The notes under the pieces were generated by a model. That model worked only from the letters and a program-made list of their open reading frames with translations, was not told where the DNA came from and did no database searches. Positions 19,410 through 26,516 of a DNA stretch of 64,000 nucleotides are shown piece after piece. Both the position numbers and the translations under genes were made by a program. The DNA lies in NCBI GenBank assembly GCA_945889005.1, contig CAMDBI010000004.1:66349-130348 (forward strand), in the 5' to 3' direction. Source of the stretch: Bacteroides fragilis (GTDB lineage: Bacteria > Bacteroidota > Bacteroidia > Bacteroidales > DTGW01). Each line of letters begins with the position of its first letter. Position 1 is the first letter of the stretch.

Positions 19410-19478
19410 AATGTGCAAGTGTGCAAATATGAAAATGTGAAAATTTGCATATTTGCACATTTGCATATTTGCACATTT
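19410..19478. repeat. Longest AT-rich 8-nt unit array (about 8.5 phased units), itself palindromic
   Basis: AATGTGCA AGTGTGCA AATATGAA AATGTGAA AATTTGCA TATTTGCA CATTTGCA TATTTGCA CATTT. Fills the gap between the rpoZ stop (19484) and the coaBC start (19400). Confidence 0.75.
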
Positions 19479-19483
19479 ATTTA

Positions 19484-19801
19484 TTATTTCTTGTGATGGT
19501 GAAAATGTACTTTGCCTTCTTCCCATTCCTGCAAAGCAATGAGTGTAGACTTTGGAAGTCTTTCGAAAAAACGTGAAATTTCAATTTGTTCACGGTTTTC
19601 AAATACTTCTTCAAGATTATCGGTGTAATTGGCAAATTCTTCGAGTTTACGGTTCAGTTCTTGCTTCATTTCGGTAGCAATCTGGTTAGATCGACGCGAA
19701 ATAATAGATACTGCTTCGTAAATATTACCCGTAGATTCTTCAATTTTGTCGCAATCGCGTGTAATGGTTGTGACTGGAGCTTTCGATTTTTTGTAATCCA
19801 T
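19484..19801 (-). CDS. rpoZ: DNA-directed RNA polymerase subunit omega
   Basis: MDYKKSKAP...NIYEAVSIISRRSNQI...ENREQIEISRFFE, typical of Bacteroidota omega. bamD-rpoZ-coaBC synteny. Confidence 0.85.
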   Translation of the reverse strand: MDYKKSKAPVTTITRDCDKIEESTGNIYEAVSIISRRSNQIATEMKQELNRKLEEFANYTDNLEEVFENREQIEISRFFERLPKSTLIALQEWEEGKVHFHHHKK

Positions 19802-19823
19802 GTTATAATTATCTGTTTATTAT

Positions 19824-20627
19824 TTACAAACCTAAGAATTCTTTTGAGTTGGAATATATTTTATTGGCTTTTTCTGTATACTTACTTTCGGGAAATTCGC
19901 TCTGAAACGAATAATACTCGTCCATGGTTGTTTGATAACGCTCCTTTTGTTTGTTTACAACACTTTTTTGAGCGAAAAAATAATTTGATTGAAGTATCAT
20001 AAACATTATTTCTTCGCGATATTTAGTGTCGGGGTAATTGGCTATACAATTGCGCAATGCTATTACCGAAGCTTTGTAATAAATTGGGTTGTGCTCGCCC
20101 AAATTGAAATATAGCTTCGCGTTGGCATATTGTTTTTCAATCAATTTGTTTTGCAATTCGAGTATAAGTCTTTTGCAGTCTGCTACATATTTGCTTTCGG
20201 GATATTTGTACATAAAATATTTGAATGCATCTATACCTGCAACAGTGCTCTCTTGGTCAAGTGAAGGACGAGGAGATATTAAGTAAAAACAATAACCATA
20301 TAGGTATTCGCTTTCTTCAACAAAAATGCTACGTTGATAGGTTTTGCTAAGATCTTTGAACGATTCGCCTGCGGTAATGTAGTCGCCCTGTTTGTAGAAG
20401 CTCATTGCCAAATACCAGGCAACAGAATCGCTCTTGTTGCTTCCCCTAAATGCAAAAGCTATTTGTTCGAAGAGGGTCGATGCTTTAATATAATCCTCGT
20501 TGTTGTATAATTCAATAGCTTTTCTATACTTTAACTCAGAGTCGGTACTTTTGAGGAGTTTTTCGTACTTGCTACACGAAACGAGAAGTATGGTGCTGAA
20601 TATTAAAAATTTATATATCGATTTCAT
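19824..20627 (-). CDS. bamD: Outer membrane protein assembly factor BamD (TPR lipoprotein)
   Basis: Lipobox LLVSCSK. TPR-like repeats with YPESKY / YPDTKY / FPESKY motifs. 267 aa. Confidence 0.88.
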   Translation of the reverse strand: MKSIYKFLIFSTILLVSCSKYEKLLKSTDSELKYRKAIELYNNEDYIKASTLFEQIAFAFRGSNKSDSVAWYLAMSFYKQGDYITAGESFKDLSKTYQRSIFVEESEYLYGYCFYLISPRPSLDQESTVAGIDAFKYFMYKYPESKYVADCKRLILELQNKLIEKQYANAKLYFNLGEHNPIYYKASVIALRNCIANYPDTKYREEIMFMILQSNYFFAQKSVVNKQKERYQTTMDEYYSFQSEFPESKYTEKANKIYSNSKEFLGL

Positions 20628-20826
20628 CTTTTAAAATATCATGCAAAAGTAATTGTTATTAACAAACCTGACAAATAAAAATTTAAGTAATTGTATCTTT
20701 AAACGAATGTATATAAAAAAAAGTATATTTTTATTTAATAATTGCAATTATAGTTACAAATATGAACAATGCGATAAAATATAGGTTCGTATACATACAT
20801 TTTAATTAATTTTAACAACAGAAGCA

Positions 20827-21801
20827 ATGAATCCATTGATGTATAACGTAGTTGTAAAATCGGCCAAAAGGAGGTTGCGAAAACGAAAGTTGCAGGTAAG
20901 TAACTACGATTTGGCAAAGGAACTTTATAAGATTAGAGTTGCTTGGAAGTATTTATTAAAAGATACATTGTTGATTAGTGCCGGAATTTTATCGGCTGGT
21001 TTTGGCTTGAAAAGTTTTTTGTTACCCAATGGTTTTATCGATGGTGGTATTACTGGTATTTCGTTGATGGTATCTATGTTAGGCGAATGGTCGTTGTCAT
21101 TAATCTTGGTATTGATCAACGTTCCGTTCATTTTTTTGGCATATACCAAAATCAATAAATCGTATGCATACCGAAGTATTCTGTCTGTTGCAGGCTTGGC
21201 TTTGTGTGTGGCTCTGGTCGATTATCCTATTGTTACCAACGATAAGTTGTTGGTGGCTGTTTTTGGCGGAATATTTCTGGGACTGGGTATTGGATTGACC
21301 ATTAGAGGTGGTGCTGTGCTCGATGGTACCGAATTGTTGGCAATTTATCTGAGTGGTAAAATTAGTTTCTCTATTGGCGACATTATTTTGTTTTTCAATT
21401 TTATCATTTTCGCGGTTGCGTCGTGGTTGTTGTCGTTCGAAATAGCCATGTATTCAATACTTATATATTTCTCGGCATCGAAAATGGTCGATTTCATTCT
21501 CGAAGGACTCGAAGAGTTTATTGGGGTTTTTATAGTGTCGAATCATCATGCCGAAATAAGACAGTTGATTATTAAAGAATTGGGTCATGGGGTTACCATT
21601 TTTAATGGAAAAAAGGGCTTTGGCACGCATGGCGAAACGGTAGGTCGCGATATTTTGTATGTGGTTATGTCGAGGCTCGAAATTAGAAAGCTCAGCATTG
21701 AACTCGAAAAAATTGACCCCAATGCTTTTGTAATAATGAATAAAATAAAAGATGTAAAGGGTGGAATGTTTAAAAGGCATTTTGGAAAGAAAGGAAGTTA
21801 A
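20827..21801 (+). CDS. YitT-family membrane protein (with C-terminal DUF2179-like domain)
   Basis: FLLPNGFIDGGITGISL motif, 5-6 hydrophobic helices, C-terminal soluble domain (GVTIFNGKKGFG...IMNKIKDVKGG). Confidence 0.85.
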   Translation: MNPLMYNVVVKSAKRRLRKRKLQVSNYDLAKELYKIRVAWKYLLKDTLLISAGILSAGFGLKSFLLPNGFIDGGITGISLMVSMLGEWSLSLILVLINVPFIFLAYTKINKSYAYRSILSVAGLALCVALVDYPIVTNDKLLVAVFGGIFLGLGIGLTIRGGAVLDGTELLAIYLSGKISFSIGDIILFFNFIIFAVASWLLSFEIAMYSILIYFSASKMVDFILEGLEEFIGVFIVSNHHAEIRQLIIKELGHGVTIFNGKKGFGTHGETVGRDILYVVMSRLEIRKLSIELEKIDPNAFVIMNKIKDVKGGMFKRHFGKKGS

Positions 21802-21835
21802 TGTGGAAATGTGAAAATTTGCAAATGTGAATATT
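21800..21835. repeat. Stop-codon-proximal AT-rich 8-nt unit array
   Basis: AATGTGGA AATGTGAA AATTTGCA AATGTGAA TATT, starting within the stop codon of the YitT-family gene. Confidence 0.65.
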
Positions 21836-21895
21836 AAGTAATGAGGCGTATTTATAAATTGCGAATTTTTTTTTTGTCATTTCTCAAAAAACACT

Positions 21896-21903
21896 TACGT
21901 TTG
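21896..21903 (+). promoter_or_regulatory. Candidate -7 promoter box (TAnnTTTG)
   Basis: TACGTTTG lies 35 nt upstream of the GTG start at 21938. Confidence 0.3.
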
Positions 21904-21937
21904 CTCTTTCTTTTTTATAAACAAAAATTCAAAAACT

Positions 21938-23179
21938 GTGGATATCTTTAATAAAATACAAAGAAGTAAAGGCCCGTTGGGTCAATATCAGAAAGAAGCA
22001 CATGGATATTTTACATTTCCTAAATTGGAAGGTGAAATTGGTCCCCGAATGAAGTTTCGTGGCAAAGAAATGCTCAATTGGAGTTTAAACAACTACTTGG
22101 GATTGGCAAATCATCCCGAAGTACGCAAGGCCGATGCTGAAGCTGCAAAAGAATGGGGTTTAGGCTCACCCATGGGCGCTCGTATGATGTCGGGTCAAAC
22201 AGTGAAACATGAAGAATTAGAAGAGAAATTGGCCAAATTTGTTGGTAAACAAGATGCTTTTTTGTTGAATTTTGGTTACCAAGGTATGGTTTCGCTTATC
22301 GATACATTGCTCGATCGTAAAGATGTTGTTGTGTACGACTCTGAGGCTCATGCATGTATTATAGATGGTTTGCGTTTACATATTGGAAAGCGTTTTGTAT
22401 ACCCGCACAACAATATGGACAATTTAGAAAAAGAACTTCAACGTGCTACTAAACTTGCAGCCGAAACCGGTGGTGGGATTTTGCTTATTACCGAAGGTGT
22501 ATACGGTATGTCGGGCGATTTGGGTAAGTTGAAAGAAATTGTAGCTTTAAAACAAAAATACAATTTCCGCATTATGATAGACGATGCACATGGATTTGGA
22601 ACTATGGGTCCAACAGGTGCAGGTGCTCACGAGCACTTTGATGTTGTTGACGGAGTCGATATTTACTTTGCTACATTTGCTAAAGCAATGGCAGGAATTG
22701 GTGCTTTTGTTGCTGCCAGCGAGGAAGTTGTTGACTATCTAAGATATAATATGCGTTCGCAGATATTTGCAAAATCGTTGCCTATGGCTATGACCATTGG
22801 TTCGCTCAAGCGTTTGGAGCTTATTCAAACACAGCCACAGTTGCGCGAGAAACTTTGGAGTATTGTAAATGCTGTTCAAACAGGTTTTAAAGCTGCAGGA
22901 TTGAATATAGGTAATACCAATTCGCCTGTAACACCAGTTTATTTGAATGGAACAGTTCCTGAAGCCACTAATATAGTAATGGATTTGCGCGAAAACTATG
23001 GAATATTCTGTTCAATGGTTACTTACCCTGTAGTGCCTAAGGGTGTAATTATTCTTCGAATCATTCCTACAGCAGTTCATACCCTCGACGATGTTACTTT
23101 TACGATGAAAGCATTTGTTGAAGTTGCCGAAAAACTCAAAGCTGGCAAGTATTTTGCCGAGAAAATTGCCGCTGTGTAA
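21938..23179 (+). CDS. Alpha-oxoamine synthase family PLP-dependent acyltransferase (KBL / BioF / serine palmitoyltransferase-like), GTG start
   Basis: NNYLGLANHPEV, IDDAHGFG, ATFAKAMAG (PLP lysine). 413 aa. Which family member it is cannot be decided from sequence by eye. Confidence 0.85.
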   Translation: MDIFNKIQRSKGPLGQYQKEAHGYFTFPKLEGEIGPRMKFRGKEMLNWSLNNYLGLANHPEVRKADAEAAKEWGLGSPMGARMMSGQTVKHEELEEKLAKFVGKQDAFLLNFGYQGMVSLIDTLLDRKDVVVYDSEAHACIIDGLRLHIGKRFVYPHNNMDNLEKELQRATKLAAETGGGILLITEGVYGMSGDLGKLKEIVALKQKYNFRIMIDDAHGFGTMGPTGAGAHEHFDVVDGVDIYFATFAKAMAGIGAFVAASEEVVDYLRYNMRSQIFAKSLPMAMTIGSLKRLELIQTQPQLREKLWSIVNAVQTGFKAAGLNIGNTNSPVTPVYLNGTVPEATNIVMDLRENYGIFCSMVTYPVVPKGVIILRIIPTAVHTLDDVTFTMKAFVEVAEKLKAGKYFAEKIAAV

Positions 23180-23186
23180 TTTAATT

Positions 23187-23226
23187 AATGTGCAAATTTC
23201 GAATTTGAAAATTTGAAAATGAAATA
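23187..23226. repeat. Stop-codon-proximal AT-rich 8-nt unit array
   Basis: AATGTGCA AATTTCGA ATTTGAAA ATTTGAAA ATGAAAT, beginning 8 nt after the stop. Confidence 0.6.
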
Positions 23227-23227
23227 T

Positions 23228-23266
23228 AACCCAAGCTAGTCTCGATGATACTAGCTTGGGTTTTTT
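23228..23266 (+). terminator. Rho-independent terminator (first of two in tandem)
   Basis: 13-bp stem AACCCAAGCTAGT / ACTAGCTTGGGTT followed by a T6 run. Confidence 0.8.
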
Positions 23267-23282
23267 AATGTATTAAACAAAA

Positions 23283-23318
23283 AAAGGACTGTCTCGATCG
23301 AGTACAGTCCTTTTTTTT
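23283..23318 (+). terminator. Rho-independent terminator (second of two in tandem)
   Basis: AAAGGACTGT...ACAGTCCTTT with internal palindrome CTCGATCGAG, followed by a T8 run. Confidence 0.75.
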
Positions 23319-23644
23319 GCTAATTTTATATAGATATCACCTTTCTGACTTTCTATTCTGTAAATATCAAATTCGTATTATAAAACTTTATAATGTGTTA
23401 AAGTGTAATTGATGAACGGTAAATGTGTATAATTGTGTAAGTTGTAATAGAGTTGTTAAGTATCAGATAGACAGTTGTTAATGCTTAGTTGTGTGTTATT
23501 TATGAAATGTCAATATGAAACAAAAAGGCGGGTAAAAGTGTTAAAATAATATATATATCACCTTATAAATTAATGAATGGAATAAAAAAATGCATAAAAG
23601 TTAAAAAATAGTATTAAAAAGTTTGTGATATTAAAAATTTATAA

Positions 23645-23652
23645 TATTTTTG
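23645..23652 (+). promoter_or_regulatory. Candidate -7 promoter box (TAnnTTTG)
   Basis: TATTTTTG lies 47 nt upstream of the ATG at 23699. Confidence 0.3.
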
Positions 23653-23698
23653 TACCAGATAAAATCAAATTAATATTTACCACAAAAAGAAAAGAGTT

Positions 23699-24379
23699 AT
23701 GAAAACAATGAGTAAATTAATGTTAGTTGGGGCGGTAGCAGTGAGTATGCTATTTAGCGGTTCGGTATCGGCACAAAGCGATTCGACAGACAAAGTTCAA
23801 GTTGTAACAGGAGTTGACTTGTACAGTAATTATGTATGGCGTGGTTCAATTCAATCAATGGGACCAAACTTACAGCCAAGTATCAAAATGGTTGCAGGGG
23901 GATTAACAATTGGCGTTTGGGGATCAACAAGTGTAGTTGAGAATTTTATTGAAGCAGATCCTTATGTATCTTACAGTTTTCCTTTTGGATTGAGTTTAGG
24001 TGTTACTAGTTATTTTTATCCGTCAAAAGGAGGTTCTTTTTTCTCAGATTCTGCTCATGCACCTGAAATTAACTTGGGTTTTACAAAGGGTGCATTTAGC
24101 TTAAGTGCAAACTATATTTTGACAGAATCTTCTGTTCCTGCATCTGCTGGCGGTGATATGTATTTTCAAGCAGGTTATACATTCTCAAAATTTAGTGCAT
24201 TTGTTGGTGGAGGAAATGGATGGCACACTAGTGATGGCGAATTTATGATATGTAATGTTGGTATTGGATCGTCAAAAACAATCGAAATTACTGATAAATT
24301 CTCTATACCTGTAACTGGTCAAATTGTAATTAATCCTGAAAAAGAACAAATGTTTTTGGTAGTAGGTCTTACATTTTAA
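23699..24379 (+). CDS. Small outer-membrane beta-barrel protein, TorF/Gcw_chp-like putative porin. First gene of the porin-glnK-amtB unit.
   Basis: Signal peptide ending SVSAQ. GVDLYSNYVWRGSIQS...LQPSI motif. Alternating amphipathic strands. C-terminal ...VVGLTF with terminal Phe. Confidence 0.6.
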   Translation: MKTMSKLMLVGAVAVSMLFSGSVSAQSDSTDKVQVVTGVDLYSNYVWRGSIQSMGPNLQPSIKMVAGGLTIGVWGSTSVVENFIEADPYVSYSFPFGLSLGVTSYFYPSKGGSFFSDSAHAPEINLGFTKGAFSLSANYILTESSVPASAGGDMYFQAGYTFSKFSAFVGGGNGWHTSDGEFMICNVGIGSSKTIEITDKFSIPVTGQIVINPEKEQMFLVVGLTF

Positions 24380-24407
24380 ATAAGTTAGTAATAAGAGTTA
24401 GTGAAAG

Positions 24408-24437
24408 AAAAGTCCTGCTCGAAAGGGCAGGACTTTT
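24408..24437 (+). terminator. Strong hairpin between the porin gene and glnK (terminator or attenuator)
   Basis: 11-bp stem AAAAGTCCTGC / GCAGGACTTTT, with only a short T-run. Confidence 0.5.
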
Positions 24438-24465
24438 AAAAGTAAAATCATTAAAAAATAAAAAA

Positions 24466-24813
24466 ATGAAAAGAATTGATGCAATCATCAGAAAAACCAA
24501 ATTTGAAGAAGTAAAGAAAGCGCTTCACGAAGCCGATATCGATTTCTTCTCTTACTGGGATGTACGCGGGGTTGGAACCTCACGTCAAGGACAGGTTGTT
24601 CGTGGAGTTGTGGTCGACACAAGCTCTATCGACCGTATTTACTTCACTTTCGTATTGCGCGATATTAATCTGCAAAAAGCTATAAATGCCATTCAGAAAG
24701 CTGCCCGTACTGGCGAAGTAGGCGATGGAAAGATTTTTGTTTCGACCATCGAAGAGTCGATCAGAATTAGAACCGGTGAAGCTGGCGACGAATCGTTGTA
24801 CATTAAAGATTAA
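24466..24813 (+). CDS. glnK: P-II family nitrogen regulatory protein (amtB-linked)
   Basis: MKRIDAIIRKTKFEEVKKAL start and C-terminal GDGKIFVSTIEESIRIRTGE. The T-loop is divergent (no canonical Tyr51 context). 115 aa. Confidence 0.85.
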   Translation: MKRIDAIIRKTKFEEVKKALHEADIDFFSYWDVRGVGTSRQGQVVRGVVVDTSSIDRIYFTFVLRDINLQKAINAIQKAARTGEVGDGKIFVSTIEESIRIRTGEAGDESLYIKD

Positions 24814-24829
24814 TTATAAACAGACAACA

Positions 24830-24895
24830 GATTATTAGATATTAGAATTGTAGAAAATGATTGTCTAATGGTCTTATTATCTAATATCTAAAATC
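24830..24895 (+). promoter_or_regulatory. 16-bp inverted repeat in the glnK-amtB spacer
   Basis: GATTATTAGATATTAG (24830-24845) vs CTAATATCTAAAATC (24881-24895), 15/16 complementary. A competing AGACAA (24822-24827) / TTGTCT (24861-24866) pairing is possible. Confidence 0.45.
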
Positions 24896-24911
24896 TTAAA
24901 AAATATAAAAT

Positions 24912-26309
24912 ATGAAAACAAGTAAAATAGGAAAATATGCATTGACAGCTGCAGGTCTGGTAAGCGGTTTCGCTTTATTCGGACAAGATTCTACAGCTGT
25001 AGCCGACACAGCAATGGCTGTAGTCGATAGTACAGCGGCAGTAGCTGCTGAAGTTGTTGAACCCATTATTAGTTTTGGCAATACTGCTTGGATGATTGTT
25101 GCAACGGCATTGGTTATGCTCATGACCATTCCCGGTTTGGCCTTATTCTATGGCGGTTTGGTTCGCCAAAAGAACGTACTGAACATTTTAATGCAGTGCT
25201 TTATTCTTACTGCTGTAATATCTATCGAATGGGTTGCTTTTGGTTATAGTCTCGCTTTTAGTCCAGGCAATGGTTTTGTCGGTGGTTTTGATTGGGCTTT
25301 TTTAAGTGGAATTAACGTATTGGATGTTAGTCCGTTCTATATCTCTCAAGAGCACGATCGTATCCCTCACTTATTGTTCATTTTGTTTCAAATGATGTTT
25401 GCCGTAATTACTCCAGCACTTATTATTGGAGCATTTGCTGAACGTATCAAATTTGGTGGCTTTGTTGTATTCTCTTTGCTTTGGGCAATATTTATATACA
25501 ACCCTATTTGTCACTGGGTTTGGAGTCCCGATGGTTGGTTGTTCCAAATGGGAGCATTAGACTTTGCAGGTGGTACCGTAGTACACATCAACGCTGGTAT
25601 TGCTGCTCTTGTTACAGCACTTATGATTGGCAAACGTAAATATTACAAAGGACATCCTTTTCAACCTCACAACGTACCCATGGTTGTAATGGGAGCTGCA
25701 TTACTATGGTTTGGATGGTTTGGTTTCAACGCAGGTAGTGGTTTAGCTGCCGACGGTTTGGCTGCAAGTGCATTTATGGCTACACATATTGCAACTGCTG
25801 CTGCTGCTGTAGCTTGGGCTTTGCTCGATTGGATTATTAACAAGAAGCCTACCGTTGTTGGTATAGCAACAGGTGCTGTAGCTGGTTTGGTTGCCATTAC
25901 GCCTGCGGCAGGTTTTGTAGATATATATGGTGCATTAGCAATTGGTGCTTTGGTTTCTGTTTTCGCTTTCATTATGGTTGGTATTGTGAAACCTAAACTT
26001 GGATACGACGATTCGCTCGATGCTTTTGGTGTACACGGTATTGGTGGTATCTGGGGCGCTTTAGCAACAGGCTTGTTTGCAAGTCCTGCTATTCAAAGTG
26101 CATATAGTGGCGCTTTTTATGGAAATCCTGCTCAGTTCAAAATACAGTTGATTGCAACAGTTGCTACTATCGCATATACAGCAGTTGGAACTTTTATTCT
26201 CTTCAAACTTACCGACCTGGTATTTGGTGTAAAAGCTACTGAAGAAGAAGAAACTACAGGTCTTGACCTTACACAACATAACGAAATAGCTTATACTGAG
26301 GCAGAATAA
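24912..26309 (+). CDS. amtB: Ammonium transporter
   Basis: DFAGGTVVHINAG and AFGVHGIGGIWG (twin-His pore motifs), about 11 TM helices, N-terminal signal-like extension. Confidence 0.93.
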   Translation: MKTSKIGKYALTAAGLVSGFALFGQDSTAVADTAMAVVDSTAAVAAEVVEPIISFGNTAWMIVATALVMLMTIPGLALFYGGLVRQKNVLNILMQCFILTAVISIEWVAFGYSLAFSPGNGFVGGFDWAFLSGINVLDVSPFYISQEHDRIPHLLFILFQMMFAVITPALIIGAFAERIKFGGFVVFSLLWAIFIYNPICHWVWSPDGWLFQMGALDFAGGTVVHINAGIAALVTALMIGKRKYYKGHPFQPHNVPMVVMGAALLWFGWFGFNAGSGLAADGLAASAFMATHIATAAAAVAWALLDWIINKKPTVVGIATGAVAGLVAITPAAGFVDIYGALAIGALVSVFAFIMVGIVKPKLGYDDSLDAFGVHGIGGIWGALATGLFASPAIQSAYSGAFYGNPAQFKIQLIATVATIAYTAVGTFILFKLTDLVFGVKATEEEETTGLDLTQHNEIAYTEAE

Positions 26310-26347
26310 TAACCCGCTCTAACTCGATTTAGTTATTTTTTCAGATG

Positions 26348-26381
26348 AAGCCGCCCGAGAAATCAGGCGGCTTTTTTTTTT
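26348..26381 (+). terminator. Strong rho-independent terminator after amtB
   Basis: GCCGCC..GA-loop-TC..GGCGGC followed by T10. Confidence 0.85.
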
Positions 26382-26516
26382 GTGTAAATTATTATGTAAT
26401 TTTAAACGGTATTTGGTACAATGGTTAGATAGTGAAAAATAATCTAAAAAAACGCGTGTACTTGAAACAAACTAAAGATTGTTTCGTAAACATTTTTTAC
26501 CGGTAAATTCTATTAT

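Noticed and set aside
19410-19478. 8-nt unit arrays as a CRISPR array or as coding micro-ORFs (MCKCANMKM etc.)
   Set aside because: The units are contiguous 8-mers without spacers, far too short for CRISPR repeats, and there are no cas genes. The ORFs appear on both strands purely because the repeat lacks stop codons.
19401-19526. 42-aa N-terminal extension of the coaBC ORF (MGRRQSTFSPSQEIINKCANMQMCKYANFHIFIFAHLHIKYL)
   Set aside because: It is translated from the 8-nt repeat array and overlaps the 3' end of rpoZ. The canonical flavoprotein start MKGKKILLGITGS begins at 19400, so the extension is an ORF-calling artefact.
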